Translations under genes and position numbers: made by a program
Part shown: one piece after another, positions 22,314 through 35,900 of the stretch
Numbering within the stretch: the first letter of the stretch is position 1
Layout: each line of letters begins with the position of its first letter
Assembly: GCA_001949185.1 (NCBI GenBank)
Contig: BDGG01000003.1
Location: forward strand, 2,359,663-2,423,662
DNA length: 64,000 nt
From: Ramazzottius varieornatus
Taxonomy: Eukaryota > Animalia > Tardigrada
Reading direction: 5' to 3'
The notes under the pieces: model-generated
Databases searched by the model: none
What the model saw: only the letters and a program-made list of their open reading frames with translations
What the model was told of the DNA's origin: nothing

Positions 22314-25205
22314 ATGGAGGAAGACCACGTTATTCAGCTCAACCAGACCAGCAGTTCAACTCAGGTAGGACTGATGGACGAACAGTCTAACGTATCCGTG
22401 TTCTTCTGGTTATATGGTCAAACTTTGTCTGCAGGTAACGACATGCAGTACGTGTCCATCCTGGCAGCACCAGTAGTGGTCGAAGCCAGACTACAGCAAA
22501 AGCAACCAGATAGATCTTCCACGGCGCATCCCTCTGGCAGCTACATCAGTGGACGACCAAGTCGCCGATCCTCCATGAACGATCACAGTAGCAAGCGATG
22601 GAAGCCCGACTCGACCATGAACGGATACTCACAGCCAAGCAATAATCTCCACTGTTACGGAAATAGTATTCCTTCCAGCCACTCTTTGTACTCGTCGAAC
22701 GGATTCCCTACATTCACCTCTCTTGCGTCCAGCAGCTCAGCAGACTGGGCTACGTCCTCGCAGCCTTCTTCAAGTGACAACGACGTCTTCTACAACCCAG
22801 TTACTTCCTCAGGCTACTTTGATCTGAAGTCACCCATACCTCAGCTATGGCCTCCTCCTCAGTCGGGGGAACCCTCTGCTCAGCACAATACTACCTCCAT
22901 TGCACAAGATGACAGTTTTAACCAGTTGTATGCGTCAGTCAGAGAAGGCATGGGAGGTTCGGTGTGTGTGGGTGACCAACAGTTGCCTTCCTCGAAGACA
23001 ATCACGGACGGGTTGTCCCCCGATTCATCCACGTTTGTATCGCCAGCTCGCTCTCAGAGAAACTTGCCCAGTATCGCAGCCTTCTTTGGTCCGTCCCTAT
23101 TGGCAAAGGAGGAGATGGAACCATGTAGTGATACTTCGATGATTTCCATCCGGACCAAGCATCATAAACCCGAGAAGGATGACAAGAGAGAAACAGATCC
23201 GGAGACATCGTTTCAACGGATACCTAATCGCCTCACTTCTATAGTTAGAAGAAACTCTGTCAGCCAGCCTCCATCGGTGACTTCATCATCTTCCGTAAGT
23301 ACTTCTGGAAAATATGAATGGCTTTCTGGTTGGGGCGTTCAAAACAAACTCGACAAGCTTGTTTCCCTAAGTGACGCACTTTTCCCGGGTTAATGATTGA
23401 AAGCGTGCGCCACTTGTGAAATACGATCTTGTGAAGTTTCTTTGCCGAGATGCTAGGACGTTTTCGATGACGATATTTGTTCGAAAGTGTGTATGTGTTT
23501 TTATTGGTTTAATTTTTCTTGTGCTTCCAGAGACAAACTTCGGTGAAAGCAAAGAAGACCCCAGCCAAAAAGATCAAGTTAGAAACGGATAAAGACATAT
23601 TCTCGCGGCTGCAGGTCAAGCTTCCAGAAAAACGGGCTGCCAAACAACAACCAAAGAAACTAAAGATCGAGACTAGGACGAAAGCCAGCCTTGCTGGAAT
23701 GCCCAGCGCACTTCCGGAAGTCGGGACTGTTGATGTCGAGCAAGTGCGCTCGCCACAGCCGCTCGATCCTTTAGAGACTGGCTTCTTCCAGAAAGCAGTA
23801 GCTAGCATTCCGCCGCCATTGACGATAAGTATCAATGGCGAGAAAGTCTCCGACTTGGTCGTGACTGATGGCGAACCGAAGAAGTCGATTCGGTTACGTA
23901 TCCAACTGTCTTCTTTGAGATCTACCGTGTTGGAAACGGTGGAACCTGAACCAGTTCACCCGAAACTGGGGAAAAAGTTACTTGTAAAATCTGTTCGTTC
24001 TTCATCCTCCGCTTCCGGCAAGGTAAAATGTTCGCGTAGCATACCATGACGACATGGGAGATAAGGTAAAGGAAACGCGACAAGACCGGTTTACAAGTGG
24101 CGCACGCTGTTGGCCGAAAACCCAGTGAACGTACGCCACTTGGGGCAAACGACGTTGTCAAGTTTGTTTACAAGCTTCCATATCATAATTTATTGTTTTA
24201 GTTGTAATTTTCTATCGGATGAAGGATGTATATACTTTTCTGTGGGATATTTTCAGGATGCAAGGAAGGAAGACGATGTCGTCTTTGTTAGCTCAACTGT
24301 TCCAGACGAAAGCTCGACTGTCTCTGCGGTACGCGTAATTGTACCGAAACAAGTGACACCTCCTAAGCCGAAGCCTATTACGCCAACGCTGGGGAAATCT
24401 TCACAGCCTGGTAGGACCATCCTGTGCTACAAGTGTGGAACTATACCTGTGCTATAATATTCTAGCTTGATTTGACCAGGTGCTAGTAGCGCGGAAGCGT
24501 TCAATGGAACCAAACTGACTGACGAGATGCTGCTGAATGACATGAAATCTGCAGCTTCCTTGCTTTCCGTTGCTCGTTTGGAGGTACGTCCAGCTTTCCC
24601 TTTAGGGGGTCGATTGGAAAATAGTCTTACGATTGTTTTTGCAGACACTGGATTTCCGCGCGAAGTTCGACATGATGCCCGCACAAGTGCAGTATGAGAT
24701 TATGAACAAATTCCCCAAGTCTTTCACGACTGTCGATGGGACGGGACGCATGGTGTAAGTGTTCCACCAATGCTTTTACCATACACTGTACCATACTCGT
24801 ATCCATGTTGAGTATCGTTCAGTTAGTATGTGGTATTTCTTCCTTTCCTGTCAACTGATCGGAATATCGTATAGGCTGAAGCCCGGCACCTTGAGCAAGT
24901 TGGATGGCAAGTTCAAGCTGCATCTTTCCAAGTGGCAAGCAAACTTGGCTAGCGGCGAGTACGACCCGGAAGTTCGAAGAAAATACATCGAGTATGCCAT
25001 CAAAGAGCTGGATCCGTGGAAGCTAAAAAACTTTGAGCCTGTTTATGGTGAAATGTATGTTACTGTGTTAATCTAAGTATAAGTGTAGGTGGAATATCGT
25101 TCACCTTTTTTCTCACCCTTTAGAATGCGTTCTTCGGCATCGGGCGAAGAAATTCTCAAAGAAATTCGAGCAAGACGAGAACCGATACAAGATGGACCGC
25201 TGTGA
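22314..25205 (+). CDS. Additional sex combs-like protein with C-terminal ASXH/DEUBAD domain, multi-exon
   Basis: Long low-complexity exons, then SLLSVARLE..FDMMPAQVQYEIMNKFP...WQANLASGEYDPEVRRKYIEYAIKELDPWKLKNFEPVYGE, matching the Asx DEUBAD pattern (W..RL..GEFTPE...LDPWK..FE..WG). Stop inferred at 25203-25205. Confidence 0.75.
23368..23416. repeat. Palindromic element copy 2 (Asx-like intron)
   Basis: TAAGTGACGCAC-N25-GTGCGCCACTTG. Confidence 0.88.
24094..24142. repeat. Palindromic element copy 3 (Asx-like intron)
   Basis: CAAGTGGCGCAC-N25-GTACGCCACTTG. Confidence 0.88.
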
Positions 25206-26200
25206 TGAAGAGAGAAAGCACCTCAAAGAAGGTACGTGAAGAAAGATGGATAGCTTTTCGAACGAGACCTATCTCGATGAGATGACGGTAGTGAGTGTGA
25301 CGGAAGTGAAGAAACTGAACATACCGTCCCCGGTCCCAAACCCAGGCTATCTTTTGTTTCCGAAACATTTCTCCTTGAAATTTGGCAGTTCTTTTGTGGT
25401 TTTTTTATTCGGCAAGATCACCCTCAATCACACGTTGATGATTGATGAATCTTACGTTTTTATTTTTTGTTTCTAATTTCTTTTGAAAATGCTAACGAGA
25501 CGTTTTGCTTTTTATCTTTAGTTTGCACCAAAATTCAACACTTGAACGAGAGTAAAAACAATATAAATATAATGACGTTATGTATTGATGCGATATTGAC
25601 ATTACTTGAAAACATCAAAAAATGCAGTGTTTTCGTATCACAGTTTGATCAGCAAGTCATTGCTTGTAATTTAATTTGGTTCAGAAGGTTCAGAGCGAAG
25701 GTTGAAGAAGAAGAGAGGTGAGTGGCCAGGACGCAAAAAAGATGAGGACGGAAATGAGAGAACCTGTAGGAGAGAAGAATAGCTGTCACATTGCGTTATG
25801 AAATCAAACTAATTTGCCATGACAAAACTCTGGAGTGCCAGCGATGAATGGAAAACCGGGCGTGCGGGAGGAACGTACCGGAACGCCAAGCCGTACTCGT
25901 GTCATCCTTGAACAAGTAGGCAAAGTCTTGGTCATATCCGGCGTCGAAGAAATCCCCCTCCAGATTAGTCGCGCTTTGTGAGGGTCTTCGTGTGTTGCCC
26001 TGAATAACAGAAGAGGAAGGTTACGTAACCGGAAATGTGCGCGAAGTGAACAGGGAGGCGAATACCCTTTGGAGTATTCGTTCAACTCTGTTTTCAAATT
26101 GTAAGAACTTATTTTCATATTTTGGCTTTGAGAAACATCATTTAGAATGGCAGGGAAATAATGGGAACGTGGGCAGATGAATGCGACCAGCTCGTCACCC

Positions 26201-26248
26201 CAAGTGGCGCACATCTCATTGTTATTGGCTGGGAGTGGGCGCCACTAG
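26201..26248. repeat. Palindromic element copy 4 (intergenic or 3' UTR)
   Basis: CAAGTGGCGCAC-N24-GGGCGCCACTAG; outer arms atgggaacgtgggcag...tgcctgcgtcccaat (~26161-26288). Confidence 0.88.
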
Positions 26249-26367
26249 AAAAATCGATCTCGTTCAAATCACTTGCCTGCGTCCCAATGATTAGGTTTAT
26301 GTAAGAGAGAACGTCTTGTGCAAAAAACACAGGGAGGATAGGGAAGCGGTGAAGGAATGTTCATTAC

Positions 26368-29300
26368 TCAATGGGTAAGAGCAATCGATGCCAGCGCAAG
26401 TGCCAGTGTCAATAATTGAGGCGATACAAGAGCTTGAGGAGATTGACTGTTGAGGCTGGCCGCCGATGCGCCATCGGGATGGGAAGCGGGGTGGAAGGCT
26501 CCGGAAGTACTAACCGAGGCTGATCTGTTGCCCAGATCGGGGCAGAGATAGAAGAAGCGGGCAAAGGTGTTGAGGGTCTCGATGTGGTCAGTATTGCATG
26601 GGTGTGTCTCGAGAGGCAGGCAGTCGCGAAAGTTGGGTTGCAGATATCGCCTATAGGAAAACAAAGTGCATTATACAACACCTCATCCACTTAAGAAGAC
26701 TTTATGGCATTCCTCATCGCTTCCCCCTTTTCCTCCTCTTGCTTTGACCTCTCCAGCAATTGAATAAAGCACTAGTGTGGAAGAAGAAAGACTTGAGAAT
26801 ATTGAAGTGAGGGACTTCCGCCAGCGCGCCACGCCGACTCGATACCCTCAAGCCGATCGATCGAGTTTGGTCCTACGCTCTTTCTGTTTGTAGTCAATTA
26901 AGGAAAAAAACGTCGCTGGTGTTGTCCTTTACGGACTTTGACGTTGTGCTACATCTCTTTTGTGTGCGGCTTTGTATTCACTTATGAGGCATACTTTACA
27001 TCAAACAGGAAGAAGGTCCGTTCCTCTTGTAGACCAATGATCGTTGTTCGTTCAACCATCCAGAACGATACTATATATACCTTGTAAAAATACCAGGAAG
27101 TTTAGTCTTCCAAGGCTTCAGGTTGTCAATCGTTTACAACTGGCAATGTCATCCAAATCTCGATCTCAAAATTGGGATACCGGCAAACAATGTGGGGATG
27201 ATCGTTTCTCAAGTGGCGCATTTTTCTTTGTTGTAGGTTGGAAAGGTGCGCCACGTGAGATACGATCACCTCTGGATCGTCTACCGTTCTCCAGACTGTT
27301 TCGAACAGAAACTTTTTCATGAATTAATTAGAGAAGAGATTTGTGTGGACTAAATTATGAAAGGAGAAGGTCGACGTTCGCTGATGGAATAATGTAAATC
27401 GAGTTTTGGACTCACGTAGGAGTTCGCGACGCAACGGACCAATAGGGCGTGGCGCGGACTCTTCTAAGAACCCTTGGTTACGGCTTCTAAGTTACAGCTA
27501 ATTATGGTGACGTGCTTTTGTTCTTTGCCTGGTGTCAGGTGTTGTTTGCCCGTACTATTGAGTTTGGTTACGTGTTTGCAGATCAGCAGGTCGACAAGGC
27601 AGGCTCCTGATAAGGCTTTAGGGTCCTTACCTGCAAATCTCGTCGTTGGCGAAGATGGATCGATAGCTCTGTTGCTGTAACACCTGTTCCGAACCAAAGC
27701 TGCAATGAGAAAATTCTCACAAACTGGCTCTTTGTCCACGCGATCGAAAACTAAGGAGACAGCGTACCTGAAATCCACGCATCCTAACAGCTCGAGTGGG
27801 ACTGAACGGTCTTCACTGCCGAGACAAGCTTTGGAGGCTTTGACGAGGTCTACAATACACAGAGACAAGATCAGCAATGAACAGATGGTGCTGAAGGACC
27901 GATCACTGCGATCAGTATGGTACATTAGCGGGATGAAACAAGTGACAGCCACTTTTCACGGATATTCTCCATCCAAGAATGGCGTTTGGACACGCATGGA
28001 ACATGCAGTGGCGGCTCGTCATAGTTAGGTCAGGCAGGGGCTTTCCCCTCATGAATGACTTACCAAGTAAGAGCTCGCTTGTCGCGCTGCGCTCGGCGTA
28101 CAGTTTCAACAAATGATTGACGGATAGCGACAGAGGATCTTCAGATTTTTTGAAATTGCATTTGCTTAGATCAAATCCCTGGGGAATCTCAAACACATCA
28201 CCAGAGGATTCCATCTGCACATAACTGTCCAGACTCAATCGCAACAGCTCGGCGATAAACCTGCAAAAAAATCATAGTTAAACTGACATATTATGCCAGA
28301 AATAATCCACATATATTTCAGAGATACTCTTCAAGTAAATTACTCCTTGTGAATTAGGTCCGAACCGTAAAATCGGGAGCTGGGTAAATGAATTGATCTA
28401 GAGTCTTTACCCAAGTGGCGCACGATTCCAGCCAGTAACAACGAAACTGTGCGCCACTTGAGATGATGATGGGGTTGCACTTATTTGCCAGCTCCCAGTT
28501 GTTAGGGTACGTACTAGATAAAGGTTAGTTATTTTGTGGAGTTCAGCATGACCGGTCTGACGGGACTTTTTCGTTTATCCCAGCCCTCTTTTTGCACTGT
28601 TTTTGTCTCGTAGATATTTGGATGTGCCAAGAGTGAAAGGGAAGATGAAAGAGAGTGTTGTGTAAGCGTGCAAAGCTTAGACAAGTTGTTCAAAAGGTCG
28701 TTAATGGAGCAGATCAGCGTTGCATGGTCCTGTGTTTGAATCATGATGAGCGATGCTGTAAGTCGTAACAATTAAAGACGTAATAGGTTTGGCTCAAGTG
28801 GGTCAGTGGCTGAATTAGAAGAGACTGGGATAACGAACGAGCTTCCGGTTGTCAACTCTTTCATACGAACGGGTAGAACCCTTGCAAGCACAGCAGGTGA
28901 CCCCAAGTACTATAGCAGCACGGTCCATGCGATGATTACCTTGCTTTGGCTGTTGTCGACTCTCCCGACACCATGTCATTTGCCAGTAGGCCGGCAGCCA
29001 TATTCGGAAGCTGTGAAAACAAGAAGCGAATTTTCCTACAAGGAAGGAAGCGTGATAAAATTATGGTAATTATTCCGGCCAGAACAAACTGTCACCGCGG
29101 ATGTGTATATGCACTGGTAATAATGGCACTCCTTGCTCATCGATTATGAAACAGTTTTCATCCATAGTAGAGAAAATCGAAAAGCGTCAAATTTCAAGGA
29201 TGGAGAACTTGAAATTTCAAAGTTGTAATAATCTATATTCTTAACGATTATGGTTTGAACAAAACCGAAGATCCATATGTTCAATGTCGACTGATCAGTT

Positions 29301-29670
29301 GACGTAACCTAATCATGATCATCCGATACTCTTGGTTTAAGATCAGCCGGCTTGTTAAGTCATCCCGGGATCGGTTTTCGGAGGTTGGAATGCTATTATT
29401 ATCCACTAAGAAGAAAAAGGGGAATGTTACCTCGGAAAACGGTAACTCGAAGTTCCAGCGCGCTAGCATACAGGGATCAACAGTGCGTGCAGACGTTTCG
29501 GATAGATCCGCTGGCAAGGCTTTAACTGGATAATAATATGTCGAGTACTTGTACCGGTAACGGAAAGGGACGTGGCTGTTAGCGTAAATTGGCGCGCCTA
29601 AAGGCTGCAGCTCGTCTTGTCCCGGTGTAGTCGGGTTCTGCATGACGCGAGGACTCCGACTTTTGGTCAT
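26368..29670 (-). CDS. Putative multi-exon gene of unknown function
   Basis: Series of minus-strand ORF segments bounded by splice-like signals (e.g. 29281-29670, 27912-28260, 27464-27952, 26368-26664), Cys-containing. No domain recognised and the exon chain was not resolved. Confidence 0.35.
27210..27257. repeat. Palindromic element copy 5 (probable intron)
   Basis: CAAGTGGCGCAT-N24-GTGCGCCACGTG. Confidence 0.85.
28412..28460. repeat. Palindromic element copy 6 (probable intron; spacer in reverse orientation)
   Basis: CAAGTGGCGCAC-N25-GTGCGCCACTTG; outer arms gggagctggg...gccagctccc. Confidence 0.9.
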
Positions 29671-32600
29671 TTTTCGTTCGAGAATGTGAGGCGTTGTGGT
29701 GGCAAGGCGGAGACCCAGATGTACCTACAGTAGAAACTGGTAAAAGCCAAGTATTCGCATCTTTCGACCACCTAAAAACACCGTATCGTACACCTATCGC
29801 AGGGTCGTTGTATGCAGGTCTACGATGTGCTTATGGTGCTTTTCCCTGTTCAGCTGCATACAAAGACCCTTGTGTTCTAAGTGACGCTGATGTACGCAGG
29901 TGGATGAGAGATAATTCGTTCTCTGTTGTCCACCTGCGTACCGGCGATTGCATGAAAACGTGAGTTCGCTGTTTGCAGGTGGGTGAAAAGCGGCATAGAT
30001 CTGCAGGGAGATAGCGGCTGACCTGCAGTTCGTGCAGGAGGTTCTGGGAGAAGGAAGTGGTCCGTGTTTTGGTCCGTTGTGTGCTTTGGGCGGTATGGTT
30101 CCTCCTGGCAGTATGTGGGTGATTGTGGCGTCGGAGTGTGTGAGCAATGGCAGGTAATTTGGTCTGAAGTGTAATGGCTGAGGTGTCGTCAAGGCTGGGC
30201 GAGGTGGTATGCCCGGCTAGCTTCTTGACAGTCCATCCTTCACTCTCTGTCCGTAACAGAGCTGCGAACGTGGAAAAATATTTACTCTCATGAGGGGCAA
30301 TTTATCACTCTTAGAATTATCGTACAGCGAAAATAATGGCCATTTTTTTGAAGGAGGAATATTCAAATTTCTATCAAGAAGGAAATATCGTGAAGCGCAA
30401 CGGTGGTCTTTGACCCAGTACAGCTAAAAGTGCGAAGTCATCCAGACATTGTAAATCTTGCACGGTTGTTTTCACTTTCACGTATCCGCCTTCGAGCGTT
30501 TCCTTGTTCATAACACAGTTTTACTGTATTTTCGAAATTCAAATAATTTGGGAATATTTTCATGTGGGTCGCGATATCAAATTTTCTGTTCGGATTGAGG
30601 TTAATTCATGCATGTATTTATGGTTGATGCTTTTATAAGATTAGCGAAATGGCATTTTCGCTTGCATAATTCTATCCTTCTCGCATTTCACGGGATTGTT
30701 TTTCTTGGCGCCAGGATTATTATTCATGAAAACATGCGCCGTTGATGCACCTCGACGGACGGGAATGGCATGGATGGGCACTTGTCACGTTCGCACTAAC
30801 CAGCGCGTTACAGCACTTAACGTAATCAATCATGAATATTATTTCGGAAATAAATCAAATCAGTCAAGATAGCTGTAAAAGGGAAAGGCAGAAAAAGGGA
30901 CAACGTCAGCGACTTACATAAAAGGACAAGAAGGGTATAGGCATAATAAGCAGGAGATGCGATCATGGCCGGTTAACGCTGAGCGTTACGTGGTCCCCGA
31001 TCTGGCTGCGCGCGGGGGGCAGGAACCAGTCGCTGCCGGTTGATCGCTGATAAATGCATACGCTTAGACGGATAAACGGCCGGCATCGATTTTCACGAAG
31101 ATGACAGCTTTTGTATATAGCTGACGATGAAAATTGCACGACTGCAATCAAACGTACGGGGGAAGACAAACTTCCTCCTTGTATATCAGATACAAAAAAA
31201 TATAATTCGTGGGTATAATTGCGTTACAGGGTGATCAAGCAGGAAGCGGAGGAGGATGAATGCGAAGAAAAACTGGGTCTCAATCCTCCTCTAATCGCTC
31301 AGAGATTTACGCTGACATGGAAAGCGTGCTTGATGGAATTACACTGTCATAATATACCTGCGGCGATAGTGTATTGTGGTGTCAGATGTAGGCATGGGGA
31401 AGAGCAGCTGGATGCAGAGCGAAATGCACTCTCGACCAGGCATTGGGCACTTGATCAGTTTTCACAACAGATAACATTAGGACAGTGTGTCACTTTGGCC
31501 ACAGGGTGAAGCATCAAAGGACGCAATTTGATTAGGGAAACAGGCAAAATAAAGCTGAACACGGGCTGTTATTCTTCTTCGGGAGAGTAGTGTTTCCAAA
31601 CATGGTTAAAAAAGCCGGCTAAAGTAAATTTCCCAAAGTTTGGCCACACGTACAAAGTGAACAAAGTTGACACAGTTTCTGCTCTCGATGGTTACTTTTT
31701 CAGGCCGGCCGGCAAACAAACGCTTTGTCGATGAAGATTAATGGTGGGTCCTACGGACGACATGGTGCGCGAGGTTGTAATGTGATGACAAGAGTAGAGA
31801 ACGATTTGAGGAAATTTTTAGGGCCAACATCCACCAAACATATATCCCATGCAGGCTCAGGCAGTTTATCTCCTTTTGATGGTCGCTAAAAACTGGCCGG
31901 AAAATTGACATGAGTAATTTGTGATGTACGAGGCACGATGGAGAAGAATGGGGCGCGCGTCTAGTCGAGAAACGTCCCGTCGATCAGGGCCGACTGTCAA
32001 CTTAAACCATCTGAGCTGTATACCACATAAAGACGAGAGCTTTAAGGCTTGATCAACGTGGGAAAAGGGGAATGAGGAAGGAAGGAACGAGCGTGCTAGT
32101 GATCATGCAGGAGAGCGGCAAAAGTCCCCAGTTCCACACATGTACTCGCGGTCCTTCATTCAGTGATGAGGGTTCTCTGGGTCTTCCATACGCCGTCGTC
32201 TGAATGGTGCTGCATGTCGACTGTCACTCCTCGTTCCGCTCTCTTGTTTGCTCAATCTCCCGCACTCTTCATCCCTTGCCTTGCTCGTTTGGTTTAAACT
32301 CCCTTCATATTTGGAGGAAGCAAAAGAAGAAAAGAATGATAAATATCGATTATAGCCGCTTTTTGTCCTGTGCCGTGGGAACAGAACAGAATGGCCAGCC
32401 TAAACTAAAGAACAGATTGTACCAAATTGACAATGGCGCCAAACGACCTTTTGGACCCAATTTCACGCCCAGAGCATCCCGAAATCCTAACAAAAACATC
32501 TCTGTACTCCCCGCCTTTCAAATAAGGGGGCTTTATTGCTTTTCCGGCCAAATCTGATACCATCGCTCGAGCTTATGATCGTGAAACACGCTCTTCACTA

Positions 32601-32909
32601 GGCCAGTAGGTCCGTCAAAACAAGCCAGTTTTCTGTCGCAGTATTTTTCCTGATTTCGAATAACCTTAAAATATGGCAAGGTGCTAAAAATATTAGATCA
32701 TATTTTATTCCGAATTTTGATAACCAAATTTTTTGTAAGGTATCGCAGCACCGGCAGAGGTCAAAAGTCAAGCATGTTTTTTGTTTTTGAAATTTCAGAT
32801 CCAGCAAAGTAAAGTATAAGTTTCGCAGTTTGAAAACGAAATAGTTTAATCGAAATTTTGTGGTTTAGTTTTCTGAAATAAAAGTAGAAATTTATTCGGG
32901 AATTGAAAT

Positions 32910-35900
32910 ATGGCTGCTGGTGTTGTTAAAGACAGCGGAGCTTCCGCTGGTTTCGATGTGTACGAGGAAGATGACGTATCGGGACGTAGTCTAGATTCGG
33001 ATCTGTTCTGGGGACGAGCCCGGGAAGAGCAGAACCTCGATTACAACATTCAACGATGGAGTTTAGACTCGAGTGGCTCGCACAAAGCACCATCGATCCC
33101 TGTGACGGACTTGCAACAAGTGACGGAAGAAATGTTGGCCAAAAGAAAGCTATCGGGTTCCGGAAGTAAAGACGGCTCTGGGGTCAGGAAGAACAAGTGT
33201 AGAGTGGCCAAAGTCACACCTGCTTATCGCGTAGCTTTTGGCTCACAGTCGAGCAAACCTTTCCGCGTGCTGTCGAATGTAAAGATTGCTGCGCCAGTTG
33301 GTCAGAGCAATGAGGGCGATTCTGGAACAGGGGAGCCTCCGGTAGACACGGCTAGATACTTCCAGGGTACCGAAGAACTTATAAACTTTGCTATGAAGTC
33401 TTCCGATCTTTCGAGGGGAGAGAAAGATATCAATCCATACAGTCAAAAGAGTCTAAGTAAGACACACCCGGCTGCGATGGTTCATCTGAATTCTTCGTAC
33501 TATCCGCCGGCTGGTACACCGCAGATTCGCGGGCTGTCTTTTGATGATAAAACGAGACTTTCTATGAAGTCAGGTACGACACAAACTCCCAAGATGGGCG
33601 AAGGTTCGACGAGAAACAGTCTGGAGCAACCGACCCAGGTCTATGAAGGACACGTCATATCCGATTCCAACCTGATCCGGAGATCGACGATGAAATCTTC
33701 TGCCGAACCTGGCCACTCGTTTTCGGATAGCTCGCTGCCGGAAAACGAGGTTCGAGGAAATGTAGGTGTGACAAAATTCCCACCTCGCCTGCAAGCCTTC
33801 AGATTCCCCCAGGAAACGTTCGGCTTAAAAGTCACAGAAGACGGTAATCCCAGAATATTCTTATTGTCCTAACATTAATTGGAACTTATAACGTGTGCAA
33901 ATGAACTGAGCCAGATTGTATTGTTGAGTGGCGCACATCTTTGTTGTTATTGGCTGGCAGCGTGCGCCACTTGAACGAAGATCCGGTTCGGTCTATCTGT
34001 CCAAGTTCCAATTTAAAGCCATTGTTGTTCAGACTTAGCGTTCGAAAATTGAATCAGAATTCGAATTGAGGTTGCAGGGGGCGTGGTCCGTGACGAGGTC
34101 ACCATAGGAAAACTGACCAAAATGCTGGAAGAGAAGGGTGCGCAGTTACAAGTGCCACTGCCTTCGGGAGCGACCCTGACTGTACCTTTGCCTGTGGCTA
34201 AGGTCTTCGACCATGGTCTTCCAGACTTGTCAGCTACAGGTCAAGACATGGTTTCTACGGAAGAGATGATCAAGCAACGACTGGACAACGAGCGCCAGTC
34301 TCAGAGGAACCAGGCAGAGAACATGGTGAACGAAGCTACGCTAGCCGCACTTCAAGAACGTCCGTCACTGGTCCTAAAACAGAAGAAATATGCAGACCTT
34401 CTGATGTCGAGACCTGTACATGAACTGAGGGATGTTAGCGAAGTCCAGGGAATGAAGTTTGCCAGTACGTCCTGAATATTGTTTCGTTCTGTATTCCATG
34501 ACGTGCAGCAGGCTGTTTTTGCAGCTGCCCAGATTGACGAGAACCTCATGAACTGGCTACCTCATTACAAAAAGCTGGATTTGGCAGAATTTGTTCAAAC
34601 CGGTGAGAAACTTCTTTGGGCACCTGGAGCATGCGGGCTGACGATCGACGATTGTATGGTTTAGAACAGGCGAATGGTCCAGCGGAAACATATGAGCAGC
34701 TTTCCCGGGCTGTCCGACAGGCGGCATTACCCGTAGGTTCGTTCTACAAATTAGTTTCTTACCGCTTTTTTATTTCTTCAGTGACATTTGTACAAGCCAT
34801 CAAAAAGAAGTAATGTTGCATTTTTATGCTGTTAGCCTGTTCCTGATCCCAGCGAGGATAAGATTTATGACTCTCCCGGAAACGTCCATGAATGCATGCG
34901 ACAGTACCTGAAGGACCACAAAATGGATGCTTCAGCTCAACATCTGGCGCAGGAATGGTAAGGAATACTGCCTAATTCTGATAAATCTGTCGCTGGGGAT
35001 AGCGGAGTAAGGGCTGATTTCTCTTCTGATGCAGGTGGCTCCACCATCATGAAAGGTGCAATACAGGTGTGGAGCATGATATCAAGCCGTTCGAAGCCAC
35101 GACCCAGTATCTGAACCTGGCAGAGAACCAGGCGCTTCTGCTGAAAGAATACAAAGCGGCGAAAGCCGCCGAAAAGTATATCCCGAGGAACCTCTGCTTG
35201 CATCCCGAGATCGGTTTAGTTGATTTGTTTGTTCTCGCACTCAGGAAGAAGGCAAAAGACGTCAGTCGGTATCAAATGGACCTGCGGTTTATGATCATCA
35301 ACTTCAAGCAACTCGCTGCTAAGAACGCCAAGCTTCAAGAAGCCCTTCTACAGTACGTGGATTCTTTATTTCTTCGAAGTAGAACTAACTAATCGATCGA
35401 AAGGAACGTGGGCAGATGGGACGAACCAGATCGCTTAGTCAAGTGGCGCACGCTGACGTTGGTTTAAGTTTGAGGGGTGCGTCACTTGGTTGAACGAACT
35501 AATTCGATTAATTTGCCCGCGTGCCGAAAAATGGTTCAAAATTCGATTCCTTTGAAGGGCTGGCAAAGTGTCGCCGGAGGACTACGAGGTGGTTGAGCAA
35601 GAACGGCAGCATATTGAAGAACGGTTCAAAGGTGCGCGCCAGCTGAACCGGAACCTCCACCGCCAGCTGAAGAAACAGCGAACCAAGACTGAGAAACTCG
35701 AGGCCAAACTGGAGGACGCCGGTCAGCTGGCCGTAAAGATGATACCTGCGCGTAAACAACAGCCGAACGACTCTACCTTCCCCGAGTATCAAGGTGTACA
35801 TCCATTGGCTTTCATGACCAGGAAGAAACCAGCCCAACTGGCGCGACCTAACGGCATGTCCATCCAGCAGAAAACCCAAGCCCACAGCAGATCAATCACC

